Of a stretch of 64,000 bases of DNA, positions 26,577 to 35,754 are shown piece after piece (positions within the stretch are counted from its first letter, which is position 1; each line of letters opens with the position of its first letter). A program made the translations under genes and the position numbers. The stretch is from Nitrososphaerales archaeon (GTDB taxonomy: Archaea > Thermoproteota > Nitrososphaeria > Nitrososphaerales > UBA213), in contig JBHICH010000001.1 in NCBI GenBank assembly GCA_046759465.1, positions 9,953-73,952 of the forward strand. The letters run 5' to 3'. Below the pieces are notes generated by a model. The model saw only the letters and a program-made list of their open reading frames with translations. It did no database searches and was not told the DNA's origin.

Positions 26577-28169
26577 ATGCGTAAAGTCTTGCCATTGATT
26601 CTAGTATTGATTGTAGTTTCATCATTATACAACTTTTCAGATGATAGCAAGGCAGCAGAAGAATGGTCTAAATTGCCACCAATGCCAACTGAACGTACGG
26701 AGGTTACAGCTTCAACTGTAGGGAGTAGCATCTACGTCATTGGAGGTTTTGACAAAGACGGTAACACAGCAGATAAAGTTGAACTGTTTGATGCTAGAAC
26801 CGGCACATGGTCACAAGCAAAAGAGTTGCCTGTTCCGTTACATCATGCCGCCTCAGCATCGCACGAGGGTAAACTGTATGTTGTAGGAGGTTACAGAGCA
26901 GGCTGGATACCATCAAACACCTTATTCATCTACGATCCATTCACGAACCAGTGGGATGAAGGGAGCAATATGCCCACACCCAGAGGTGCCCTAACTGCAC
27001 AGTTCATTGATGGCATTCTTTATGCAGTCGGAGGATGGAGCGGTTTGCCATTGTCGGTCAACGAAGCATACGATCCATCGACTGATAGTTGGACTGAAAA
27101 AGAAGTAATGCCAACTGCTCGAGAACATCTAGCATCCGGCTTTGTTGATGACAAGTTATACGTTATAGGAGGGAGACAGGGTAGTTTAGGAAGCAACTTG
27201 GACACAAACGAAGAGTACGACCCAAAAACTGACAAGTGGACTACAAAGGCTCCGATGCCATCAAAACGTGGGGGCATAGTTGGAGCTTCTTTATCTGATA
27301 GTGTTTACGTGTTCGGTGGTGAATCATCGGCAGGAACATTTGATAATAGTGAACAATATATAGCACCATTAGACAAGTGGGTCATTCGCAGTAAGATGCC
27401 AACAGCAAGACACGGATTGGCCGCAGCAGAAGCTGGTGGTAGCATCTATATCATTGGCGGAGGACTAAAACCGGGACTATCCGTAAGCGGTAAGAATGAA
27501 GCTTTTACTCCAGTGGACTGGAAGAAGACCTTTATGGTGCAGGTAGAACCCCACGTTAGCATAGAACCAAAGACCGCAACTACTGATGATAAAATGAAAG
27601 TTACAATAAGCTTCCAAACGAATACAGCAGGATACTTTGTCCAGTTTGGCAAGATAGATAGAATGGATAAAGCGTTTGCCGTTGATATTATAGTGATGCC
27701 TCCGCTGCCAGATATGGTTGTTGCACAGGTGATAACTACTCACAGCCAAACCTACACACTAGAAAAACTTCCCGTAGGGGAGTATCGCTTCGACGTTTCC
27801 ATCAACGGTCAAAAATCTTTTGAGAAGAGGTTCGTAATAATAGCAGTACCACTACTCATTGATGCATCTGAAGACAGGATAATAGAAGCAAGCAAAGGTC
27901 GGCAGGTCGTAATTGAGCGAGGGATAACAAACTCTGAAGATGTCACTCAACTATTCATCTACATCTTACAGGTAAAGAACTCAGATAGTGTTACTGTAGT
28001 ATTGTCATGGATTGAGGGAGAATTGCCACCAAAGAAGTCGGTAAGAATGTCACAAACGTGGATACCAAATGTCTCTGATCAACACTTGGTAGAATTATTT
28101 GTGTGGGAAAGCATGGAGAACCCAAAAATACTGGCACCTATGAGAACAGTTACAATAAATGTAGTCTGA
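26577..28169 (+). CDS. Secreted Kelch-repeat beta-propeller protein with an unknown ~200-aa C-terminal domain
   Basis: Signal peptide MRKVLPLILVLIVVSSL. Six blades with the (I/L)Y(V/I)xGG...W pattern (IYVIGGF, LYVVGGY, LYAVGGW, LYVIGGR, VYVFGGE, IYIIGGG). Confidence 0.85.
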   Translation: MRKVLPLILVLIVVSSLYNFSDDSKAAEEWSKLPPMPTERTEVTASTVGSSIYVIGGFDKDGNTADKVELFDARTGTWSQAKELPVPLHHAASASHEGKLYVVGGYRAGWIPSNTLFIYDPFTNQWDEGSNMPTPRGALTAQFIDGILYAVGGWSGLPLSVNEAYDPSTDSWTEKEVMPTAREHLASGFVDDKLYVIGGRQGSLGSNLDTNEEYDPKTDKWTTKAPMPSKRGGIVGASLSDSVYVFGGESSAGTFDNSEQYIAPLDKWVIRSKMPTARHGLAAAEAGGSIYIIGGGLKPGLSVSGKNEAFTPVDWKKTFMVQVEPHVSIEPKTATTDDKMKVTISFQTNTAGYFVQFGKIDRMDKAFAVDIIVMPPLPDMVVAQVITTHSQTYTLEKLPVGEYRFDVSINGQKSFEKRFVIIAVPLLIDASEDRIIEASKGRQVVIERGITNSEDVTQLFIYILQVKNSDSVTVVLSWIEGELPPKKSVRMSQTWIPNVSDQHLVELFVWESMENPKILAPMRTVTINVV

Positions 28170-28220
28170 CGATGATATCAAACAGAATAATTTATCTAAA
28201 ACATTTAACGATTTTAATCA

Positions 28221-28355
28221 ATGCAAAAGGCCGTATTAAGAAAATACGAAAGAAAAGTTAAAGCGTATAGATTTGAAAAAGTCGTATATTTCTCCATACT
28301 ATCTGGATTCCTTGGAATTGTAAGCTATCTGCTCATTAACTGCTATCATATGTAA
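28221..28355 (+). CDS. Possible small TM protein (44 aa)
   Basis: Hand translation gives MQKAVLRKYERKVKAYRFEKVVYFSILSGFLGIVSYLLINCYHM*. Below the track cutoff. Confidence 0.25.
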   Translation: MQKAVLRKYERKVKAYRFEKVVYFSILSGFLGIVSYLLINCYHM

Positions 28356-28402
28356 CGGAATCTATTTAAAATCCTTGCAGCCTCGCATACAAGAAGAATG
28401 CG

Positions 28403-28651
28403 ATGTCAGAAGATAGAAGTATATTGTATAAAACACGCTGGGAGATACTTGTAATTTCAGCTGCGTTAGTACTTTCTGCCGTGGTGGTACTAGCAATCCC
28501 AAACGACTTTTCTGCAAAGATTCTTGAACAGCAAAAAGAGCAAAGGGAAGCTAGTAAAAATCCATCAACCGTGATTGAAGAACAGAAGGGACTGAATGAG
28601 GGGATTGCCAAGAATATGACGGAATCTAATGCCGCAAGTATGAAACCTTGA
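28403..28651 (+). CDS. Small single-TM protein (82 aa)
   Basis: TM helix ILVISAALVLSAVVVLAI followed by a charged tail. I prefer it to the antisense 81-aa ORF (28366-28611), which looks low-complexity. Confidence 0.4.
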   Translation: MSEDRSILYKTRWEILVISAALVLSAVVVLAIPNDFSAKILEQQKEQREASKNPSTVIEEQKGLNEGIAKNMTESNAASMKP

Positions 28652-28654
28652 TTT

Positions 28655-29158
28655 CTAGTTAACCCTTATTTTGAACGCATAGCTTACATCACCCAGGTCC
28701 TCCCAACTCGCAAAAAAGTTCACTACATATACTCCCTTCTCTAGACTGACTTTATATTTGTCGTTGCCCTCGCTGACAAGTTCTCCGACCTGCATCGGGT
28801 TGCCAAGGTCATCAATGGTAAAAACCTGCGCACTTATTCCTGTAGGTCGAAGTAGGCTCTTGGTCATGAAACCTATGGAGGAACCCTTTGGAATATCGAT
28901 CAATCCTGGCGGATTTGGAAATGCCATGTCTACGCATCTGGTGGTCCAACAGTAACTTCCACGCATGCCAGTGTAGAGGTCTCCTTGGTACGTCAGCCAA
29001 ATAGTCGGAGGCTCTGCATCTTGTGCTGGCAGCGGTGATGTAAAGTAACCGTAGCCATAAATGAACCAAAGGATAATTATTATACCTGCAAGCACAGACA
29101 TTACTATCTTTGTAGGAAATCCTTCCTTCCTTGCGTAGGCATCTTCGGCCATTGCCAC
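28655..29158 (-). CDS. Membrane-anchored hypothetical protein, 167 aa
   Basis: N-terminal TM helix IVMSVLAGIIIILWFIYGYGYF and a beta-rich ectodomain. Starts 3 nt after the HMG-CoA synthase stop. Confidence 0.6.
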   Translation of the reverse strand: MAMAEDAYARKEGFPTKIVMSVLAGIIIILWFIYGYGYFTSPLPAQDAEPPTIWLTYQGDLYTGMRGSYCWTTRCVDMAFPNPPGLIDIPKGSSIGFMTKSLLRPTGISAQVFTIDDLGNPMQVGELVSEGNDKYKVSLEKGVYVVNFFASWEDLGDVSYAFKIRVN

Positions 29159-29161
29159 AGA

Positions 29162-30559
29162 CTAATTTACAAAAGCGTATTCTCTAAATCCTTCGGTGCC
29201 GCCTATGCCTATTTTAACAAGAATAAATTCTTTCGTCGCAGGCACAAAGTTATCCTCGATCTTCCTTTCTCCCCTGTGCAGTCGCTCATACTCCTCAATG
29301 GAAATCTTCTTTCTTGGATCTATCTCCTTCTCCAGATCCATATTCTTAACAACCTCGAGATATGAGGGTTGTATAACCCCGCTGAAGACCATTGCACTGC
29401 TACCACTTCCATATGATGCAAAACCAACTCTCTTTCCAGTAAGATCCTTGTGCTTCTTGTGCTCGAACTCAAGCTCACTTCTAAAGCCCATGTAAAGCGA
29501 ACCAGTGTATAGGTTGCCGATCACTTCAGAAGCTTTCAATGAACTCGCAAGCTTGTTTTCGAATACTTCCTTGTATTGAGGCGACTCCATGAACCTCTTT
29601 CTGAATGCTTCATCTCTCTCCATGAATTCCCTATCCAGCAATACGGATTCGATGGTTCCACGCGTATCCTTTGGCTCAGGTTCTTCCATTCCAACGAACT
29701 TAATAACCTCTGCCCATTTGGGAAGATTTCTCCATTCGTGACGAAGCAGAAAAGCCAGTGCGTTTTTGCCCATCTTTACATATGGAAGGTGCAAGGCAAT
29801 CAAATCTATATGATCAATAACTGACTCGTTTGCACCTAGTTTAATTAAACCTGTTTGTAATGCCCTTTCCTTGTATGCTTTCATGGCCTTCTTGACTTGT
29901 GTCAAGTAGGCCAGATTTGAGTAGGGACCATTAACCAGTGGTGTTTCACGCCCAAAGGGCCTGTAAAAGTCATGTTCGTTCTTTATCACAGTTGCAGTAA
30001 CCTTTTGGTCGAAATTCAAAATGCGTGGATCTTCCTTCACTAGCATTGCAACAGCACCAGCTCCTTGTGTGTATTCGCCAGTTGAGCCGATATCATACTT
30101 TGCAACGTCGCTAACAACAACTATCGCTGCCCTACCGTCGTTCTCGTCTGCCCTAATCCAGTTTGAGTTATCGTAAAGTGCGTATGAGCCGCTTACACAT
30201 GCAAACTTACATTCGATTCCCCCACAGTGCTCAAAACTACCTTCTCCATAAATCTGCTCAAGCATCCCAATGACATAGGAATTCATCGCCTTGGACTCAT
30301 CGAGCCCAGATTCTGTGGCGACATAAAGTCTGCCAATATCCTCGGGCGATAGGCTGTTCTTCTTCATAACACTCAAGCAGGCATTGGCTGCCATTGTGGC
30401 AGGGTCCTCATTAGTGTCGACCATAGCCATCTTCTTTACACCGATGCCGAACTCTAGCTTATCAGGGTTTATGCCGCGTGCCTCGGCAAAGTCCTTAAAA
30501 TCTACGTATAATTTTGGAACATAGATGGCGATATCATCTATGCCTACGAGCCTTGACAT
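29162..30559 (-). CDS. Hydroxymethylglutaryl-CoA synthase (long form, 465 aa)
   Basis: ATESGLDESKA, the catalytic-Cys region CKFACVSGSYAL, GNLYTGSLY and ASYGSGSS motifs. I prefer ATG 30559 over TTG 30565. Confidence 0.85.
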   Translation of the reverse strand: MSRLVGIDDIAIYVPKLYVDFKDFAEARGINPDKLEFGIGVKKMAMVDTNEDPATMAANACLSVMKKNSLSPEDIGRLYVATESGLDESKAMNSYVIGMLEQIYGEGSFEHCGGIECKFACVSGSYALYDNSNWIRADENDGRAAIVVVSDVAKYDIGSTGEYTQGAGAVAMLVKEDPRILNFDQKVTATVIKNEHDFYRPFGRETPLVNGPYSNLAYLTQVKKAMKAYKERALQTGLIKLGANESVIDHIDLIALHLPYVKMGKNALAFLLRHEWRNLPKWAEVIKFVGMEEPEPKDTRGTIESVLLDREFMERDEAFRKRFMESPQYKEVFENKLASSLKASEVIGNLYTGSLYMGFRSELEFEHKKHKDLTGKRVGFASYGSGSSAMVFSGVIQPSYLEVVKNMDLEKEIDPRKKISIEEYERLHRGERKIEDNFVPATKEFILVKIGIGGTEGFREYAFVN

Positions 30560-30566
30560 TAGCAAT

Positions 30567-30581
30567 CACTGAATTTCAGTG
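30567..30581. promoter_or_regulatory. Perfect 7+1+7 palindrome between the TATA box and the start codon of the HMG-CoA synthase gene
   Basis: CACTGAA T TTCAGTG lies 8 nt upstream of ATG 30559. The minus-strand box TATATAAGAC is at 30581-30590. Confidence 0.3.
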
Positions 30582-30720
30582 TCTTATATATCTATTTAGA
30601 CAATTTGTTTATGGATTTACATCAAGAATTGCATCTCTTTTACTACTCAACTTTCGTTTATTAAATCACAACAAATGAATGATTGAAAAATTTATAGCGG
30701 ACTGAAGGTGAGAGGCATTT

Positions 30721-32079
30721 GTGAATGGCCTTCGATCTCTAGCAATCTCATTAGCCACGATGTTACTTCTATCTGGAGTTCTAGTCACTGCAAATGCGCA
30801 GCCAAGAGTACTAACATTCTTAACACTTGATCCGATTCCATCTGAAGTTGCATCCGGTGATGAAGTTAGTTTCACTGGTACCCTTACAACAGGTAGTGGA
30901 GCAGGTTTGGCTGGCTTGACTATAAGGATAATAGAACAAAGAGCTACTGAATCGATAGTATTAGCTACAGCCGTCACTGATGAAAATGGTGCGTATGCAA
31001 CAACATGGATGGCTGAGCTTCAAGATCCTAAAAATGATCGTATAATGACCATCTCCGCTTCTTTTGCTGGTCAGGATAAATACTCCGCCTCGAAAACTAG
31101 TACAACTGGATTAAGGGTAGCACTACAGAAAATGAAGGTCGTATTTACTTTCGACAGACAGACATACTTCAGTGGTTACGCTGCGATATTCACAATAAAG
31201 TTTTCTAGTCCAAGTGGTCTACCTATCGATCCTGAAAGCATTAGAGGAATTTATGACGGCAGAACCGTCAATGTGACAAGACATAGGGAGGGCTTCTACA
31301 TGTACAAAACACCTGCTCTGACACCCCCAACCCATACCCTGCAAATAATTGCCCAAAAACATGGATACAAATTGTTCCACGACGCGAAGACGATAACAGT
31401 GTTTGTAGGACAGGTTCTTCCAATAATTCGTCTGGATTTTAGCTGGTCACCGAAGCCAGTCATGGAAGGAACGCCTGTATCATTTGTACTGGCTTTTGCT
31501 GACATCAATAACGTTGTAGCACCTTTCGTGAACTACGATTTTATGATAAAGAGTGGTAAGAAGGCTGTGCTTGACTTGAAGGGTGAGCAGACCCTTAAGG
31601 GTACAGCAATGCATACACAAACATTCACTGATGCAGGAAAGTACAAAGTGACGGTGAAGATAAATGGGATAGGCCAGGCCCCAGATATTACTCAAATAAC
31701 CCAGTCATTCAATTTCGACATCGATGTGATAAAGGCGGCAAAATTCAGTGTAAAGGTCAAGGCGATGCAAAAAGGTGATGCTATGCGAGTCACATTCAGA
31801 AATCATCGACTAGCTACAACCGATGTTTATACATTGCATCTGATATTTGAAGATCCAAGCAAGGTAAAAATTAGAGTGCCAACAGGATGGGAACTAGGCA
31901 CTGATACTGACACAATTGTGCTGACGACTTCGAATAGCCCGATTGAACCAGGAAAACATCTGCGTTTGCGAATGAAAGCTCAAGGTATGCTTGATTCGGT
32001 AGATTGGAATGCGATTGATAACTTTGGAAACGAGCTCAAGAGCGGAACTGCCAAGGTAAGACAGATCAAGTTCCGATAA
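30721..32079 (+). CDS. Secreted hypothetical protein with Ig-like/CarboxypepD_reg-like repeats
   Basis: GTG start, signal peptide LAISLATMLLLSGVLVTANA. The segment LAGLTIRIIE...TDENGAYATTW resembles carboxypeptidase-regulatory-like beta-sandwich domains. Confidence 0.6.
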   Translation: MNGLRSLAISLATMLLLSGVLVTANAQPRVLTFLTLDPIPSEVASGDEVSFTGTLTTGSGAGLAGLTIRIIEQRATESIVLATAVTDENGAYATTWMAELQDPKNDRIMTISASFAGQDKYSASKTSTTGLRVALQKMKVVFTFDRQTYFSGYAAIFTIKFSSPSGLPIDPESIRGIYDGRTVNVTRHREGFYMYKTPALTPPTHTLQIIAQKHGYKLFHDAKTITVFVGQVLPIIRLDFSWSPKPVMEGTPVSFVLAFADINNVVAPFVNYDFMIKSGKKAVLDLKGEQTLKGTAMHTQTFTDAGKYKVTVKINGIGQAPDITQITQSFNFDIDVIKAAKFSVKVKAMQKGDAMRVTFRNHRLATTDVYTLHLIFEDPSKVKIRVPTGWELGTDTDTIVLTTSNSPIEPGKHLRLRMKAQGMLDSVDWNAIDNFGNELKSGTAKVRQIKFR

Positions 32080-32154
32080 TTGATTTGCTACAATATATTC
32101 AAAAGATAGAGAATTAAACCTTATCTAAGATGGGCTACTTCCATTTGTAGTCTC

Positions 32155-33048
32155 ATGGCAGATAAATGCCCAAGGTGTGGAAAAGGTAGGATAATCATTG
32201 ATACTAAGACTGGTGAAAACGTTTGCAATAACTGTGGGTACGTTCTGCCGGTGAAGGCAATAGATACTGGTCCAGATTGGAGAGCATTCACCCAAGAGGA
32301 AAGAAAAGATAGAAAAAGAACAGGCCCACCAACGTCTCTAACAAAAGTCGGAAAAGGGCTTGCAACTGTAATAGGAAAAGACATTAAAGATGCTCATGGT
32401 AAAAAACTAACTGCGTTGGCCAGAAGCAGGTTCAGGCGCATGCGGACCTGGGACGTAAGGAGCAAGTTATACACTCCTAAGCAAAGAAATCTTTTGAAGG
32501 CAACAAATTTCTTGTCCAGACTTGCAGATAAACTTCAAGTACCAATTGCTGTTCAGGAAGAAGCTGCCTATATTTATCGAAAGGCATTGAATAATAAGCT
32601 TATCAAAGGAAGATCAATAACAGGAATGGTTGCTGCTTCACTGTATGCGGCCTGCAGAAATAATAGAGTGCCAAGAACATTGAAAGATATAACAAGAGCT
32701 AGTAATGTTAACAAGAACGAAATCACACGATCCTATAGGGTGTTGTTACAGATGCTGGGTATGAAGATGCCAGTAATGGATCCATCAAGACGTGTAGCTA
32801 GAATAGCGAAGAAGGTTGGAGTTAAGGAAAAGACACAGAGAGTGGCACTGAAGATTTTGGATCAGGCTAAAAAAGAAGGTATTACTGTTGGCAAGAATCC
32901 TATGGGCATTGCTGCTGCAGCACTTTACGTCGCATCTATCTTAGAAACTGAAGACGTAACTCAGGACCAACTGGCTGATGCTGCAGGAATTACTTCTGTT
33001 ACATTAAGGAAGCGCTATGCTGATCTAAAACGTCTAAAGATAAAATAG
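32155..33048 (+). CDS. tfb: Transcription initiation factor TFB (TFIIB homologue)
   Basis: N-terminal zinc ribbon CPRCGKG...CNNCG, a B-reader region, and two cyclin-fold repeats. Confidence 0.95.
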   Translation: MADKCPRCGKGRIIIDTKTGENVCNNCGYVLPVKAIDTGPDWRAFTQEERKDRKRTGPPTSLTKVGKGLATVIGKDIKDAHGKKLTALARSRFRRMRTWDVRSKLYTPKQRNLLKATNFLSRLADKLQVPIAVQEEAAYIYRKALNNKLIKGRSITGMVAASLYAACRNNRVPRTLKDITRASNVNKNEITRSYRVLLQMLGMKMPVMDPSRRVARIAKKVGVKEKTQRVALKILDQAKKEGITVGKNPMGIAAAALYVASILETEDVTQDQLADAAGITSVTLRKRYADLKRLKIK

Positions 33049-33117
33049 TTAATCAATTTCATGAGTGATTTATCGTAATTCTTATATCTCGTGTTAATAG
33101 ACGTTACAGTATAGAAA

Positions 33118-34161
33118 TTGGTTAAAATATTTATCAATGGTTTTGGCAATATTGGCGGAAGGCTTGCAAGTGCGTTATCTGCAGACAAAGAGTTTCAATT
33201 TGTAGGTGTTGCAAAATATACGCCTGACGAGAGAATTAAAGAGGCCCTTGATCAGAATTTCAATGTTTACGTTCCTGAAGAGAAACTGGGGGCATTCAAG
33301 GAAATGGACTACGATGTTTCTGGGACAGTTAAAGAGGCTGCACTGCAGAGTGATATTGTTATTGATGCGGCAAAAGATGGTCTGGGGTATGACAATAAAA
33401 TAAAGTATTACCTACCACTGTCTAAACGCGCAATATTTCAAGGGGGAGAGGATAGGTTTGGGCAGCAAAGTGTTGCCGATATAATTCATAATTCCAGAGT
33501 AAATTATGAGAAGACCTTTGGCAAGAAATACGTTATACAAGGAAGTTGCAATGTAACAGGTTTGGGAAGAATGATCCAACCTTTGGCAGAACAATATGGT
33601 GATAGGATCAAAAGATTTGATGCAACGCTGATCCGAAGGTGGGCTGATTTGGAAGACAAAAAAGAGGTCAAGGATTCTATTGAGTGGGACAGAAATCCGC
33701 ATCACCAAGACGATGTCGGTGATTTTATCAAGACGCATCCTTTGTATGTTGACGTGTATAAAGTGCCTTCTAGAATGATGCACGTACACCAGCTTTATGT
33801 AAGATTTGGCCATGAACGTCCAAGTAAAGATGACGTACTAGAATTATTTGAAAAAGAGTTTGGAGTTGCTATTTTGCACAGTGCAAAAGGTACTGCAGAT
33901 GTCAGAAAGAAGGCAATTGAACTAGGTTTTCCACATGGTGATACGTGCATGGTCCACGTACATGCTGATGTTGTAAAGGTACAGGATGATACATTAAAAA
34001 TAGCTTATTCTGATGACCAAACTGGTATGGTTATACCTGAGAACCATGTTTTGTTGCAGGCTATGGTATTCAAGCGAAATAAAACAGAAGCTATAGATAG
34101 AACAGACAAATTGTTTCGTATAAGTGAAAAAAAGAAAATCCTGATGAATGAGTTCAAATAA
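33118..34161 (+). CDS. gap: Glyceraldehyde-3-phosphate dehydrogenase, archaeal type II
   Basis: INGFGNIGGRLA Rossmann N-terminus and catalytic GSCNVTGL. Length is ~347 aa. TTG start. Confidence 0.85.
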   Translation: MVKIFINGFGNIGGRLASALSADKEFQFVGVAKYTPDERIKEALDQNFNVYVPEEKLGAFKEMDYDVSGTVKEAALQSDIVIDAAKDGLGYDNKIKYYLPLSKRAIFQGGEDRFGQQSVADIIHNSRVNYEKTFGKKYVIQGSCNVTGLGRMIQPLAEQYGDRIKRFDATLIRRWADLEDKKEVKDSIEWDRNPHHQDDVGDFIKTHPLYVDVYKVPSRMMHVHQLYVRFGHERPSKDDVLELFEKEFGVAILHSAKGTADVRKKAIELGFPHGDTCMVHVHADVVKVQDDTLKIAYSDDQTGMVIPENHVLLQAMVFKRNKTEAIDRTDKLFRISEKKKILMNEFK

Positions 34162-34245
34162 AGGAAAAACTCATTTTTGCAACATAAGTTGATGGACAAA
34201 TGCGTCACAATAATTATATATTGCTATGCCAAGGAGGAATACATC

Positions 34246-34668
34246 ATGGCCAAGGCTGCAAATGAGATTTTCGTAGGAAAGAAACCGTTGATGACGTATG
34301 TGACAGCAACTCTTGTACAATTAGCTAATGAAGATAGCGTTACTGTAAAAGCGAGGGGAAATAGCATCGTTAGAGCCGTTGACGTTGCTCAGATAATTGA
34401 GAAGAGGATGGGAAACATGGGATACAGGGTAGGTGACATAACGCTTGGAAGTGAGACGTTACAATCTATGGATGGTAGGCCTAGAAACGTATCTACGATA
34501 GAAATAGAAATCCTGAAGGGTGGTCAAGGAAGTCCAGATTCGTCCATTTCAGAAGCCAAGGAAGAAGCCAAGGAAGAAGCCAAGGAAGAAGCCAAGGAAG
34601 AAGCCAAGGAAGACGCCAAGGAAGACTCAAACGACAAGAGCAAAAAGAAGGCTAGAAAGAAAGAGTAG
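34246..34668 (+). CDS. albA: Chromatin/RNA-binding protein Alba with an acidic-basic repeat tail
   Basis: MAKAANEIFVGKKPLMTYVTATL...VKARGNSIVRAVDVAQII is the Alba fold signature. ATG 34246 is preceded by AAGGAGG 9 nt upstream. The track extends to 34177. Confidence 0.85.
   Translation: MAKAANEIFVGKKPLMTYVTATLVQLANEDSVTVKARGNSIVRAVDVAQIIEKRMGNMGYRVGDITLGSETLQSMDGRPRNVSTIEIEILKGGQGSPDSSISEAKEEAKEEAKEEAKEEAKEDAKEDSNDKSKKKARKKE
34552..34623 (+). repeat. Tandem 12-nt repeat inside the albA 3' end (5 perfect copies plus 1 variant)
   Basis: GAAGCCAAGGAA occurs 5 times (34552-34611), then GACGCCAAGGAA (34612-34623). This encodes (EAKE)5-DAKE. Confidence 0.95.
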
Positions 34669-34696
34669 ATTCTTCTTATAATACTCACAGCAAACA

Positions 34697-35326
34697 TTAT
34701 TTGTATTTCTGTAGTATCGCCACTACTTCTGCATCACTTACCGGAGAAAAATCCTCGTAAAATTCACCTACGGCACCAAACTCAAATGGTGACATTAAAA
34801 TAACCATTTTGTCGACTCGTTGTTCGAGCAACTTGGCAACATCCCTAGGTGCTACTGGGGTTGCCAATACGACCATTTTGGGTTTTTGTCTCTTGACCCA
34901 AGAGATTGCAACCATCATAGTAGCCCCAGTAGCTATGCCATCGTCTACTAAAATCACTACCATGTTCTCTAAATCGTAATCTTTGCTTTTTCGATACAGA
35001 ACTAATCTACGCTCTATTTCCCTTACCTGTTCACCTATCTCGTATTTGATGTACTCCTTGTCTATGTTTAATGCATTAATAACATAATTATTAAGATACG
35101 AACTACCATCATGCATAACAGCTCCAATTGCAAGTTCAGGATTGCTTGGTGCACCAAGCTTGCGTGGAACAACTACATCCAATCTTGCATCGAGTGATTT
35201 GGCAATAATTTCACCAATAACTAAACCGCCTCTTGGAATTGCTAAAACTATCGTATCCGTGTCCTTTAACCAAGTTAATTTTTGTGCAAGTTGTAGACTC
35301 GCATGCACTCTGTCCTTAAAACTCAT
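34697..35326 (-). CDS. Type I phosphoribosyltransferase-fold protein (COG1926-like)
   Basis: VVILVDDGIATGATM is the PRPP-binding loop. N-terminal IPRGGLVIG. Confidence 0.75.
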   Translation of the reverse strand: MSFKDRVHASLQLAQKLTWLKDTDTIVLAIPRGGLVIGEIIAKSLDARLDVVVPRKLGAPSNPELAIGAVMHDGSSYLNNYVINALNIDKEYIKYEIGEQVREIERRLVLYRKSKDYDLENMVVILVDDGIATGATMMVAISWVKRQKPKMVVLATPVAPRDVAKLLEQRVDKMVILMSPFEFGAVGEFYEDFSPVSDAEVVAILQKYK

Positions 35327-35505
35327 AACATGCCTATTAAGATAATTACTACGTTATAAGCTTCCATTAAACATGCTGTAGTACTAATTTAATTTCCTAT
35401 TACCACACCTAGCTCGTCATAGATGCGAATCAACTCTTTTTGATTCTGAATCGGTCCACAATATAATATGGAATTTAAAATTATCGGAGAAGAATTAGGA
35501 GTGTG

Positions 35506-35580
35506 AAAACGAGGGGATTAGGAGCCCTAGGAGCATGCTGGGCTGATAACACGCTGTATGCAGATGGCCCCAGATCCCCA
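35506..35580 (-). ncRNA. Candidate small structured RNA (~75 nt), class unknown
   Basis: A G+C-rich island in a 425-bp AT-rich spacer. On the minus strand, CTATTTTTTATC (plus-strand coordinates 35601-35612) lies ~25 nt upstream of GGGGAT. The terminal helix is GGGGAT/ATCCCC (35513-35518 with 35574-35579) and is followed by GTTTTC. Confidence 0.3.
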
Positions 35581-35754
35581 ATTATGATCTGCAGTTCCAC
35601 GATAAAAAATAGTCAGGATTTCTAATACATATTATGAACATGATATGGGCATAGCAAAATACTATCTGAGGCTCCAGGCTAATCAGAAACTAAGGTGAAA
35701 ATCGTTCAACTTCATCCAAAAGAAGCTGTCAGTTTTATCATGAAGAATGTATAG

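Noticed and set aside
28366-28611. 81-aa minus-strand ORF antisense to the 82-aa TM ORF
   Set aside because: The two ORFs are mutually exclusive. The plus-strand product has a clean TM helix plus a charged tail, while the minus-strand product is Ser/Cys/Phe-rich and low-complexity. Neither is strongly supported.
34552-34623. 12-nt tandem repeat as a CRISPR-like or satellite element
   Set aside because: The units are contiguous without spacers, in frame, and lie inside the albA coding sequence. This is a coding microsatellite, not a CRISPR array. No cas genes or repeat-spacer structure occur anywhere in the window.
35513-35579. G+C-rich block as a tRNA or H/ACA guide RNA
   Set aside because: A 6-7-bp closing stem exists, but no D or T arms can be drawn. 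For H/ACA there is no 3' pocket strand and no ACA/ANA box after the lower stem.
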